From Candidatus Eiseniibacteriota bacterium (GTDB lineage: Bacteria; Eisenbacteria; RBG-16-71-46; DASYSL01): a DNA stretch of 64,000 nt. The notes beneath the pieces are model-generated. The model had not been told where the DNA came from and ran no database searches. It saw nothing but the letters and a program-made list of their open reading frames with translations. The position numbers were made by a program, and so were the translations under genes. Shown piece after piece: positions 32,965-41,891 of this stretch (position 1 is its first letter; each line of letters starts with the position of its first letter). The stretch covers positions 23,270 to 87,269 of the forward strand of contig JANPEF010000026.1 of the NCBI GenBank assembly GCA_031431875.1. The letters are read 5' to 3'.

Positions 32965-33002
32965 CGACGTGCGGTCCAGCCGCGATGGTCGTTGCGGCGG
33001 CG

Positions 33003-33668
33003 TTATTTCTTGTCTCCGGACGGCGCCGCCGGCGTGGCCGCAGCCGGGGCTGCGGGCGGCGGACCCGGCTGCCGCGGCGTCTTCGCCTCGACATCGATGG
33101 CGAGCTCCACGTCTTCAGCCAGCATGACCGAGCCGTTGTCGAGCGTCTTGTTCCAGATGATGCCGTAGTCCTTGCGGTTCACCTTGCCGCGGGCGCTGAA
33201 TCCAGCCACGGATCCCGACTTGCCGGCCATGATCCCGAGGATCTCGACGTCGAGCGTGATCGGCTTGGTCACGCCACGCATCGTCAGGTCGCCTGTCATC
33301 GTGCCCTTGTTGTCCTTGCCGACGGTGATCGACTTCGAGACGAACTTCACCTCCGGAAACTTCTCCGCCCAGAAGAAGTCCTCGGCTTTGAGATGGCCGT
33401 CGCGCTGCTCGTGATTCGTGTTGATGCTGGCCGCCTGGATGGTCACGTCGACCTTCGAGGCGCTCGGGTTTTCCTTGTCGAACGCAATCGATCCCTGCAC
33501 GTCCTTGAATTCTCCCTTCACCGGCGTGAAGAAGTGGCGGACGCTGAACCCGACGTTGGTGTGTCCACGATCGATGTCCAGCATTTCGACGGCCGCGAAG
33601 GCCGGCGTCGAGACCACGAACAACGAGAGGGCGGTGACGGCGAAGTACGACGAGAGGGACGACTTCAC
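33003..33668 (-). CDS. YceI family lipid/polyisoprenoid-binding protein
   Basis: GAGGA RBS + GTG; signal peptide; ID.GHT.VGFSVRH, SINT..RD.HLK..DFF, GDLTMRGVTKP, NRKDYG. Confidence 0.93.
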   Translation of the reverse strand: MKSSLSSYFAVTALSLFVVSTPAFAAVEMLDIDRGHTNVGFSVRHFFTPVKGEFKDVQGSIAFDKENPSASKVDVTIQAASINTNHEQRDGHLKAEDFFWAEKFPEVKFVSKSITVGKDNKGTMTGDLTMRGVTKPITLDVEILGIMAGKSGSVAGFSARGKVNRKDYGIIWNKTLDNGSVMLAEDVELAIDVEAKTPRQPGPPPAAPAAATPAAPSGDKK

Positions 33669-33823
33669 GGGTGCTTCCTCCACGGGCTGGGGGATCGGAG
33701 TCTCGAACGTCCGGCGGGTGTCGAACACCAGCGTACTGCGAAACGGACCCCTCTTGGGATGCAGACCCCGCCGCCCGACGTGCGGACGGCGGGACTCTTG
33801 ACACGGACTTGAAATCGGGGGGA

Positions 33824-34033
33824 TCAGCGCGCCGGGGCCTGCTCCTCGATGCACAGCGGGTTCTTGTGGTTCGCATCGGGAACGTGCGCGTCCCAGCAGT
33901 CCGGGGAACAGAAATGCAGGGCCAGCCGCTTCTTGTTGCAGGTCGACACGGAACAGCGGTACCACAGCGCACCGAAGGCGATCGGCTTCTTGCAGATGTT
34001 GCAGCGGGTCCAGATGTCGGCACCTCCGTTCAT
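33824..34033 (-). CDS. Small ZZ-like zinc-finger protein (69 aa)
   Basis: Cx2Cx12Cx4Cx9Cx3Cx3Hx5H: CNIC..YRCSVSTC..FCSPDCWDAH..NH. Confidence 0.7.
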   Translation of the reverse strand: MNGGADIWTRCNICKKPIAFGALWYRCSVSTCNKKRLALHFCSPDCWDAHVPDANHKNPLCIEEQAPAR

Positions 34034-34218
34034 GAACCGGCAGCCTACGTCCGCCGGGGGTCCCGGTGCAAGTCGACCGCCGGGCTGACGCCGGCGCATT
34101 GCCAGGTGGAACTTTGTAGAATGCGACCCTTGCTTCTCCCCTCCTGGCCTGCCCCGCGGCTTCCGTAAGACATCTATAACCACTTGGCATCATGTGTTTT
34201 ACACGATACTTCGGCGCA

Positions 34219-34234
34219 TGGCACAACCCCTGCT
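34219..34234 (+). promoter_or_regulatory. sigma54 (-24/-12) promoter
   Basis: TGGCACAACCCCTGCT: GG-N10-GC with TGGCAC and TGCT, preceded by AT-rich DNA. Confidence 0.65.
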
Positions 34235-34306
34235 CTACTCAGCGGTGTCCGGTCGAAAGCAATCACTCCGTCCGGCCATCGGCTCTCTTCAACCAGGAGG
34301 CACCCC

Positions 34307-34456
34307 ATGTTGTGGACCATCGCCGTCGTTCTCGTCGTCCTCTGGGCACTTGGAATGGCCTCCAGCGTCACGCTCGGCGGCTTCGTCCACCTGCTGCTCG
34401 TCCTGGCCGTCGCCAGCGTCCTCATCCGGATCATCCAGGGCCGCAAGCCCATCTAG
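34307..34456 (+). CDS. lmo0937 family (DUF5670) small membrane protein
   Basis: MLWTIAVVLVVLWALG...GGFVHLLLVLA..IQGR; AGGAGG RBS. Confidence 0.88.
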   Translation: MLWTIAVVLVVLWALGMASSVTLGGFVHLLLVLAVASVLIRIIQGRKPI

Positions 34457-34469
34457 CGAGGGGGACGCC

Positions 34470-34691
34470 ATGACCCGCAGCCTCGGAATCGTCCTCATCC
34501 TGCTCGGCCTCGCCGGGTTGGCCTGGGGCGGAATCGGCTGGAACAAGAAGAGCAACGTCGAACTCGGTCCGATCGACTTGCAGGTCACCGAGAAGAAGTC
34601 GCTGCCGATCCCGCCGATCGCGGGCGCGGTGGCCGTCGTCTCGGGACTCGCCCTGATCTTCGCGGGCGGAGTCCGCCGCAACGCAACCTGA
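34470..34691 (+). CDS. Small two-TM membrane protein (DUF3185-like)
   Basis: LGIVLILLGL..WGG...ELGPIDL..TEKK.LPIPP.AG; GAGGGG RBS. Confidence 0.75.
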   Translation: MTRSLGIVLILLGLAGLAWGGIGWNKKSNVELGPIDLQVTEKKSLPIPPIAGAVAVVSGLALIFAGGVRRNAT

Positions 34692-34705
34692 CACCCGGAG
34701 GATCC

Positions 34706-35200
34706 ATGAAGCTCTCCTCAATCGCAGCCGTCACCGGCACCATCGCGCTCGGCCTCGTCCTCGCCGCCCCCCAGGCCTCGGCATTCGGCTTCAGCGGCGG
34801 TGGTGGTCGCATCGGCTACCTCGACCCGGAAGGTGACGGCGGCGGAATCGCCGTCGGCGCGCACGTCGAGCTGGAGAGCCCCGGTTCCCGCTGGCACCTG
34901 CAGCCGAACATCCTGTACTGGAACGCCGACCAGTTGACCGGCTTCAACGGCAACCTGGACGCGCTCTACCACTTCGGCCCGCAGTCGAAGACGTCGCCGT
35001 ATCTCGGAGGCGGCCTCGGCTTCAGCATGGTCGACTACTCCGACAGCAACGGGAACGACAGCAGCCAGACCGACCCGGCGGCGAACATGTTCGGCGGCGT
35101 CCTCTTCCCGGCCGGCAGGAACAACCTGTTCCTCGAGGGCCGCTACACGTTCAGCGAGGTCAACCAGGCCTCGATCCTGTTCGGCATCACCGTTCGGTAG
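34706..35200 (+). CDS. Small outer-membrane beta-barrel protein
   Basis: Signal peptide, ALYHF, SPYLGGGLG, FLEGRY, terminal LFGITVR; GGAGG RBS. Confidence 0.8.
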   Translation: MKLSSIAAVTGTIALGLVLAAPQASAFGFSGGGGRIGYLDPEGDGGGIAVGAHVELESPGSRWHLQPNILYWNADQLTGFNGNLDALYHFGPQSKTSPYLGGGLGFSMVDYSDSNGNDSSQTDPAANMFGGVLFPAGRNNLFLEGRYTFSEVNQASILFGITVR

Positions 35201-35247
35201 TCGACGCACCACCCGTCGATCGTCCGTTCGCAACAAGGAGGAACATC

Positions 35248-35943
35248 ATGGAAACCAACACCAGCACGCACAACAACAACAGGAAGCTCCTGTGGATGTC
35301 TCTCGTCGGCCTGGGGCTGCTCGGCGCCGTCGCGGTCTACGCCCTGAACAACTCGGCGACGCCGGGCGTGGTCAGTGAGGTCGCTTCCAAAGTCGGTAGC
35401 GCGGCCACCCAGCCGCGGACGGTCACGCTGCCCGCCGGCACGGCGGTGGCGATGACGCTCGAGACGTCCCTCAGCACCAAGACCGCGTCAGTGGGCGATC
35501 GCTTCACCGCGCGCATCTCATCGCCGGTGACCGTCGCGGGTTCGACGATCATTCCGGCCGGCGCCATCGTCAGCGGGCACGTCTCGCTCACCGAGCAGCC
35601 GGGCAAGGCCAGCGGCCGTGGCCGGATGCAGCTGACCTACGACACGGTGCGTTTCAACGGGAGGACGTATGACCTCTCCTCGACGAGCCGGATCTACGAG
35701 AGCGAGTCGGGCCGCGGCAAGGATGCGGCGCTCGTCGGCGGCGGCGCGGTCGCTGGCGGCGTGGTCGGTGCGATCATCGGCGGCTCGGCGGGCGATGCCG
35801 GGAAGGGCGCAGCGGCAGGCGCCGTGGCCGGCACCGCGGCTTCGTTGCTGACGCGCGGACCGCAGCTGCAGCTCCCGGCCGGAACGGCGCTCTCGGTCTC
35901 GCTCGACCGCGCGGTCACCGTCCGTCCGTCGACCTCTGCGTAG
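35248..35943 (+). CDS. Membrane-anchored TrbI/VirB10-like beta domain with glycine zipper
   Basis: N-terminal TM; TLPAGT...GDRFTA...IPAGA.V.G.V; GGGAVAGGVVGAIIGG...GAAAGAVAG; LPAGT. Confidence 0.7.
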   Translation: METNTSTHNNNRKLLWMSLVGLGLLGAVAVYALNNSATPGVVSEVASKVGSAATQPRTVTLPAGTAVAMTLETSLSTKTASVGDRFTARISSPVTVAGSTIIPAGAIVSGHVSLTEQPGKASGRGRMQLTYDTVRFNGRTYDLSSTSRIYESESGRGKDAALVGGGAVAGGVVGAIIGGSAGDAGKGAAAGAVAGTAASLLTRGPQLQLPAGTALSVSLDRAVTVRPSTSA

Positions 35944-35973
35944 TCTCCCACGAACACCCAGCGGGAAAACACG

Positions 35974-36010
35974 GTCGCCCCGGTCCGCACTCTGGACCGG
36001 GGCGACTTTT
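35974..36010 (+). terminator. Intrinsic terminator between convergent genes
   Basis: GTCGCCCCGGTCC-GCACTCT-GGACCGGGGCGAC-TTTT. Confidence 0.75.
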
Positions 36011-36035
36011 CCTGCCTTCGTCACGTCAGGAGGGA

Positions 36036-36596
36036 TCAGACGCGCTCGACGTACTTCCCCGTCGTGGTGTCGACCTTGACGCGATCGCCCTGCTTGATGA
36101 AGCCGGGCACCATGACCTCGGCGCCGGTCACCAGCGTGGCGCGCTTCTGGAACGCGCGCGCCGTATCGCCGCGCGCCGCTCCGTCCTCGGTGTCGGCGAT
36201 CTCGAGTTCGACCATCTGCGGGAACTCGATGGTGACGATCTCGCTCTCGCGCATCAACACGGGCAGGATCATGCCATCGGTCATGAAGCCGACGTAATCG
36301 GCGAGCATGGCCTTGGGGAGCTGGATCTGGTCGTACGACTCGGTGTTCATGAAGTGATAGTCATCACCCGAGGCATAGAGGAACTGCATCGAATGCGGCT
36401 CGAGGCGGACGTCCTGGATCTTCTCACCCGAGTTCCACGTCTCGTCGATGACGCGTCCGGTGCGCAAGTTCTTGAGCTTGGTGCGGACGAAGGCCCCACC
36501 CTTGCCGGGCTTGACGTGCTGGAACTCGACGACCCGATAGAGGTCGTTCTTGTGCTCGATGACGAGCCCGTTCTTGATGTCGGCGGTATTGGCCAC
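36036..36596 (-). CDS. efp: Elongation factor P
   Basis: FQHVKPGKGGAFVRTKLKNL.TG, QFLY, RGDTA, TG..V.VP.FI..GD..KVDT..G.YVER. Confidence 0.97.
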   Translation of the reverse strand: MANTADIKNGLVIEHKNDLYRVVEFQHVKPGKGGAFVRTKLKNLRTGRVIDETWNSGEKIQDVRLEPHSMQFLYASGDDYHFMNTESYDQIQLPKAMLADYVGFMTDGMILPVLMRESEIVTIEFPQMVELEIADTEDGAARGDTARAFQKRATLVTGAEVMVPGFIKQGDRVKVDTTTGKYVERV

Positions 36597-36764
36597 GAAG
36601 ATCCTCGGGATCGGGGTTTCGGCGGTCGAAGGGACCGGCGGCGCCGAGGGGCTCGGCGGACGCCGCAGTCTACGCTGCGACGCGAAGCCGGGGCAACCTC
36701 AGGCCGGCTTTTGATTCCACAACCGCTTGTCCCACATGATGATGCAACGCAGCACCGACCGCAA

Positions 36765-37232
36765 TCAGGGCAGCTCGAACTCGTAGGAGAAGTTCTCGTC
36801 ATCGCGCTTCCAGCCGGTTGATTCGTAGAGCGCCTGGGCCGCATGGTTCGTTCGCGCCGTGGATAGCGCCAACCGCACGGCGCCGTCGTCGCGCGCGAAC
36901 TCGATCGCGGCCGCCAGCAAAGCTGCGCCCGCCCCCCGCCGCCGCCCGGCTTCTCCCACGAACAGGTCGTTGAGCACGTGGATCCGTTCCGCCGACACGG
37001 ACGAGAAGCTCGGATAGAGCTGCGTGAACCCGATCGCGACTCCATCGGCAAAAGCCAGGAACACGACCGACTCCGCGCGGTCGAAGCGCGTCGTGAGAAA
37101 GTTCCGTGCCCGCTCGAGGTCCGCCGGTTGCTCGTAGAAGCGACGGTAGGCGTCGAACAGCGGAACGAGCGCGTCCAGGTCGGCGTGCCCCGCACGACGG
37201 ACGATGATCGGCGAGTTCGGCTGCGGCGTCAT
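36765..37232 (-). CDS. GNAT family N-acetyltransferase
   Basis: LFDAYR.FY, GFTQLYPSFSSV, LNDLFV..RRRG.G, N..AQALYES.GW. Confidence 0.9.
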   Translation of the reverse strand: MTPQPNSPIIVRRAGHADLDALVPLFDAYRRFYEQPADLERARNFLTTRFDRAESVVFLAFADGVAIGFTQLYPSFSSVSAERIHVLNDLFVGEAGRRRGAGAALLAAAIEFARDDGAVRLALSTARTNHAAQALYESTGWKRDDENFSYEFELP

Positions 37233-37248
37233 GCGTGTCCCCACGGCC

Positions 37249-37650
37249 TCAAAGCAGGCGCAGGATGATGCTGAAGAACAGGAGCATGCCCGTGACGGAC
37301 ATGACGAGCGCGATGACGAATGCGGGGCGCCACAGGCGCACGACCATGGTGTGGGCCAGGTCGCGCAGGGTCAGCCAGTACTCGATCGAACCGAGGAGCA
37401 TCGAGATCGTTCCCAGGCCGACCAGGACGAGTCCCGCGTTGCGCGGCGTCTCCGTGTGCGGCAGCGCGCCACCACCATGCTGGAAACCCTCGAGCAGCTT
37501 GTAGATGGTGAAGCCGAAACTGATCATCGATAGCGCCGTCCGGATCCACGCCATCAGGCTGCGGTCTGCGGCCATCACCGTGCGGTGTACGGCGAGGTCG
37601 GTGCGCTCCTGCGCCAGGTCGTTCGCCGACTTCGCTTCGGGGTCGGTCAC
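37249..37650 (-). CDS. DUF202/YidH family membrane protein
   Basis: RT.MAADRSLMAWIRTALSMISFGFTIYK; 3 TM; AAGGAGG RBS. Confidence 0.88.
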   Translation of the reverse strand: MTDPEAKSANDLAQERTDLAVHRTVMAADRSLMAWIRTALSMISFGFTIYKLLEGFQHGGGALPHTETPRNAGLVLVGLGTISMLLGSIEYWLTLRDLAHTMVVRLWRPAFVIALVMSVTGMLLFFSIILRLL

Positions 37651-37678
37651 GTTCGCCTCCTTCAGTCCCGCACGACGG

Positions 37679-38854
37679 TCACAACCCGGACAGGCGGGAA
37701 ATAAATTTCTGCGTCAGTTCGGCCAGCGGATACTTGAGCAGGAGCAAGGGTGCGAAGGGCAGGAGTGCGACAATGGCAAAGTCCCGCAGCATGCCGATGC
37801 TCATCGGGACCACACGCATGTCACGCACGACGTTGGCGCTGTTGCCCAGGTCGGCTAGCGACTGCATGTCCGCCGTGCCCAGCAACGGCTCCCCCGGTGG
37901 CTGCTCCCGCTGCACCCACTTGCGATCGAACCCGAAGACGTACTCCGCGCCCAGCACCGAGAAGTCGCTGAGGCCGCGTACCCGGCACGCCCACAGTAGC
38001 GGAGCGACAATGAACAGCGGGCCGAGGAACAGGAGTGCGTCGAGGGCCAGCCCGATGAGAAAGATCGGGTAGGTCGCCTCGAACGCCATGGTCCCGCCGG
38101 CGATCCCCTCGGCGAACGAAGCCGCCTCGACCGCCGACATCGCGAAGATCAGCGGCAGGAAGTGCATGTGCACCACCTCGAGAAAGCCGAGTCCCCCGGC
38201 GCGATCCGGGTGGCTCGGCGACAACTTCAAGTTCATGCCCGCGACCCGCGCGAGGAAGTACGCCCACAGAAGGACGCGGGCGAGCCAGCGCAACAGCCCG
38301 AAGCGGAAGAGCGTCATGCAGGCGCCCCAGTACCACAGGCCGGCCAGCGGCATGCCCGTGCCGGCACGGCTCGGGTCGATCGCGGCGGACGCGCCCGGCA
38401 ACGCAAGGTAGGACCCGAGGAACAGTCCTCCCGCGGCAAGGAGAAGGCAGACGACGTCGACCGTCCACGAATCGATCCACCGCCGCACGCGGGTGATCTC
38501 CGCGTCGAGGCGGGGCAGCGATGCGGGCGGCACGATGCCCGAGCGCACGATCGTGTCGACGAACACCGCGAGGCGCGGGTCGAGGATGCTCTCGCAGACG
38601 AAGAACAATGGGAGGGCGAGGAGCAGCCGCACGTGGACGCCGACGAGGGGGAGGCTGAAGAACTCGCGCCCCAGCCCCTCGGCAAGGGAGAGGCCGAGCA
38701 GGACGAGCCACAGGAACGCGCCGAGCGCCAGCCCCAGGCGCACCGTGTTCGTGCCTCCCCGGACGAGGCCCAGGCGCCGGCCCAGCGCATGGAGGGGCCC
38801 GCCGATCAGGGACAGTCGCGGCAGTCCGGCCGGCGCGTCGGCGGTCGATGTCAC
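37679..38854 (-). CDS. Conserved hypothetical polytopic membrane protein
   Basis: SLIGGPL, HVRLLLALPL, HPDRAGGLGFL, LLGTADMQSLADL; ~7-8 hydrophobic segments. Confidence 0.7.
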   Translation of the reverse strand: MTSTADAPAGLPRLSLIGGPLHALGRRLGLVRGGTNTVRLGLALGAFLWLVLLGLSLAEGLGREFFSLPLVGVHVRLLLALPLFFVCESILDPRLAVFVDTIVRSGIVPPASLPRLDAEITRVRRWIDSWTVDVVCLLLAAGGLFLGSYLALPGASAAIDPSRAGTGMPLAGLWYWGACMTLFRFGLLRWLARVLLWAYFLARVAGMNLKLSPSHPDRAGGLGFLEVVHMHFLPLIFAMSAVEAASFAEGIAGGTMAFEATYPIFLIGLALDALLFLGPLFIVAPLLWACRVRGLSDFSVLGAEYVFGFDRKWVQREQPPGEPLLGTADMQSLADLGNSANVVRDMRVVPMSIGMLRDFAIVALLPFAPLLLLKYPLAELTQKFISRLSGL

Positions 38855-38877
38855 GGGGTCCTCGAAGGGTCGGGATG

Positions 38878-38917
38878 AAAACGAAGGGGCCGGCGCCCGA
38901 ACGCGGTCGCCGGCCCC
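38878..38917 (-). terminator. Terminator-like hairpin after sulfatase
   Basis: Minus strand GGGGCCGGCG...CGCCGGCCCC followed by TTCGTTTT. Confidence 0.55.
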
Positions 38918-38927
38918 CCACTCATGA

Positions 38928-41282
38928 TTACTGCCGCGCCATGGCCATGCGGATCTGCGCCTCGGTATCGACGATCAACTCGCCGCTGACGTCCACCACG
39001 GCGCTGTGCAGCGTGCCGGTGAACCGGAACGGCGGCGCATACTTGTCCCACACCGGCGAACCGGAGTCGGCCCCGCACACGATCCCGCCGGCCAGTCCGA
39101 TACAGAGGGGCATGGTCAGCGGCACGTCGGCATCCCCGACCAGCTTCTCGTCGAGGTAGAGCTGCGCGCGACCGGGAGCACCCTTGCCCGTCTTCACGTC
39201 CGGCTTGCCCGTCAGCTCGAACTCGACACGCAGCTTGTGCCGACCCTCCGGCACCGCGACGTTCGATTCGACGTGATAGAAGTTCGCTCCCACGTAGTTG
39301 TAGACGTAGTGGAGCTTGCCGCCCTGCACGTAGAACGAGAAGCCGCCTTGCACGTCTCCGGCGGACAGCAGCGCCCCCTCGGCACCGCCCTTCGGGATCT
39401 CGACGTCGGCCGTGATGCTGTGCGCCCGGTTGAGGAGATTGGGACCGGCGTTGACCGGCACCATTTGCGTGCCCGGGTAGAACGTGTAGCTGGTCCGTTC
39501 GAGGGCGATCTGGGGTCGCGGATCCGCGAGGCGAAGCGTCCCGCGCGAGTCGACCGGCAGGACGTTGTACTTGCCCGCCTCGACATACCAGGTGGCGATC
39601 ATCTCGATCAGCTTGGGCTTGTTCTCGGCTGCGACGTTGTGGTTCTCGGCGACGTCGACGGCCACGTGGTACAGCTCCCAACCCGTGGCATCGAGCTCGG
39701 TCAGCTTGTCCTTGTCGATCGGGGCGCCGAAGAACAGGCCCGCTTCCGTGAACGACGTCCCTGGCCACGGGCAGACCGCTCGCCATCCGTCGTGGTAGAT
39801 CGAGCGGTGCCCCATCATCTCGAAGTACTGGGTGATGTGCTTCGAGGGCACCTTCACGTCGTCGAACGTATGGGCGAAACTGTGTCCCTCGATCGGCGAC
39901 TGGGTCACGCCCTTGACCGAGGTCGGCGCCTCGAGGCCCAGCGCCTCGAGCACGGTCGGAACCATGTCGATCGCATGCGCAAACTGCTCGCGCACCTGGC
40001 CCTTTGCCCTGATGCCCTTCGGCCAGTGGACGAGGAACGGGTCGCTGACGCCACCGCGGTAGGTCTCGCGCTTCCAGCGGCGGAACGGAGTGTTCCCGGC
40101 GAACGTCCAGCCCCACGCGTAATGGTTGAAGGTCGTCGGCCCGCCCAACTCGTCGATCATCGCCAGGTTCTGCTCGAGCGAATCCGGCACGTTGTTGAAG
40201 AACTTGTTCTCGTTCACCGATCCCGTCGGGCCGCCCTCGGAGCTGGCGCCGTTGTCGGAGATGAACATGATCAACGTGTTGTCGAACTCACCGATCGACT
40301 TGAGGAACTCGAACAGGCGTCCGTAGTGGTGATCGGTATGCGTGAGGAAGCCGGCGAAGACCTCCATCATGCGGGCGTAGAGCTTGCGTTCGTCGGCCGG
40401 CAGCTTGTCCCACTCCTGGACGTCGGGATCGTGGCGCGACAACTCCGCGTCCTTGGGCAGGATCCCGAGCGCCTTCTGCTTCTCGAAGACCTGCTTGCGA
40501 TAGGCGCTCCAGCCCCCGTCGAACTTGCCCTTGTACTTGTCCGCCCACTCCTTGGGAACGTGATGCGGCGCATGAGCGGCGCCGGGGCAGAAGTACATGA
40601 AGAACGGCTTGTCCGGTGCGACCTGCTTGGCGTCGGCGATGAAGCTGATCGCCCGGTCCGTGAGGTCCTCGGTCAGGTGGTAGCCCTCGGCCGGCGTCTT
40701 CTCCGGCTCGACCCCGTGATTGTCGTACACCAGCTCGGGGTAGTACTGGTGCGTGTCGCCGCCGAGGAATCCGTAATAGCGCTCGAAGCCGCGACCCAGC
40801 GGCCAGCGATCGTACGGCCCCGCTGCCGAGACCTGGTCCGCCGGCGTCAGGTGCCACTTGCCGAGGGCGTAGGTGTTGTAGCCGTGGCGCTGCAGGATCT
40901 CGGAGAGCATCCCGTTCTCGAACGGGATGTTGCCGTTCCCGCCGGGGTAGCCGGTCGAGCCCTCGGTGATGCACGACATCGCATTCGAGTGGTGATTGCG
41001 CCCGGTGAGGACACACGAGCGCGTCGGCGAGCACAGCGCCGTGGTGTGCATGTTGTTGTAGAGCAGGCCGTTCTTCGCCAGGGAGTCGATGTTCGGCGTG
41101 TCGATCGGGCTGCCGTAGCAGCCCATCTGGCCGAAGCCGGTGTCGTCCTGCACGATGAACAGGACGTTGGGGGCGCCGGGCTTCGCACGGAGCGGCTCGG
41201 GCCATGCGGGGCTCGACACGTCGAAGGTGCGGCCGATCACTCCGCTGAATGCGGATCCGGGCTTGTATTCCTTGAGCGCCAC
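38928..41282 (-). CDS. Cys-type arylsulfatase (formylglycine-dependent), no signal peptide
   Basis: PNVLFIVQDD.GFG, LCSPTRSCVLTGR (CxPxR), GKWHL, HAPHH, SDNG; AAGGGAG RBS before GTG 41282. Confidence 0.93.
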   Translation of the reverse strand: MALKEYKPGSAFSGVIGRTFDVSSPAWPEPLRAKPGAPNVLFIVQDDTGFGQMGCYGSPIDTPNIDSLAKNGLLYNNMHTTALCSPTRSCVLTGRNHHSNAMSCITEGSTGYPGGNGNIPFENGMLSEILQRHGYNTYALGKWHLTPADQVSAAGPYDRWPLGRGFERYYGFLGGDTHQYYPELVYDNHGVEPEKTPAEGYHLTEDLTDRAISFIADAKQVAPDKPFFMYFCPGAAHAPHHVPKEWADKYKGKFDGGWSAYRKQVFEKQKALGILPKDAELSRHDPDVQEWDKLPADERKLYARMMEVFAGFLTHTDHHYGRLFEFLKSIGEFDNTLIMFISDNGASSEGGPTGSVNENKFFNNVPDSLEQNLAMIDELGGPTTFNHYAWGWTFAGNTPFRRWKRETYRGGVSDPFLVHWPKGIRAKGQVREQFAHAIDMVPTVLEALGLEAPTSVKGVTQSPIEGHSFAHTFDDVKVPSKHITQYFEMMGHRSIYHDGWRAVCPWPGTSFTEAGLFFGAPIDKDKLTELDATGWELYHVAVDVAENHNVAAENKPKLIEMIATWYVEAGKYNVLPVDSRGTLRLADPRPQIALERTSYTFYPGTQMVPVNAGPNLLNRAHSITADVEIPKGGAEGALLSAGDVQGGFSFYVQGGKLHYVYNYVGANFYHVESNVAVPEGRHKLRVEFELTGKPDVKTGKGAPGRAQLYLDEKLVGDADVPLTMPLCIGLAGGIVCGADSGSPVWDKYAPPFRFTGTLHSAVVDVSGELIVDTEAQIRMAMARQ

Positions 41283-41319
41283 GATGAGATCTCCCTTGGT
41301 GCCGGCGGGTGTCGCTCGG

Positions 41320-41724
41320 TCAGTGCGTTGCTTTGTCACCGCCCCGACGCAGCAGGCGCGTGAACGGGCCGCGGAACAGGATGTAGGGCAGGATCGCGAG
41401 CACGATGCCGACGACCAGTGTCTCGACGACATGGAAGGACTTGAAGACGATGAACTGGTAGATCGCGTCGAGCACGAGGGCGAGGATGAAGATCTTCCCG
41501 ACGTCCCGCCACGCCGAACGCAGGAGCCGTCCCCGCTCGGTAGGATTGGCGAAGAACTCCCAGAGGAATGCCGGCTGACCCGCGGCGGCGTCCTTGCGAC
41601 CCGCGATGAAGGCGAAAATGATGGCCATCAGCGGCTGCAGGATCAGGCGAAAGTGCAGCGGGCCGCTCGCCCGCCCGAGCAGGTTTTCGACGGCCTGCTT
41701 CAGCGCATCGAAGATCGCATCCAT
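41320..41724 (-). CDS. Conserved hypothetical membrane protein
   Basis: GR.SGPLHFRLILQPLMA..GRKDA, D.IYQ, PY...RGP; AGGAGG RBS. Confidence 0.75.
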   Translation of the reverse strand: MDAIFDALKQAVENLLGRASGPLHFRLILQPLMAIIFAFIAGRKDAAAGQPAFLWEFFANPTERGRLLRSAWRDVGKIFILALVLDAIYQFIVFKSFHVVETLVVGIVLAILPYILFRGPFTRLLRRGGDKATH

Positions 41725-41891
41725 CCGGATCCTCCTGGGATCGATTCGATTCGGGGGGCCGTGCGGAGAAATTTCACCGCGGCGACGACATCGGGCGCGG
41801 CAACCACGGCCACGGCATGGTAAGAGCGACCCCCGCGGGAAGTCAAGAACGGGGCCGCGCACCGCGCACGACCCCGTCGTCCGACAGATGC

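Noticed and set aside
35248..35943. Type IV secretion or conjugative element suggested by the VirB10-like domain
   Set aside because: No other vir/trb genes, relaxase or integrase in the window
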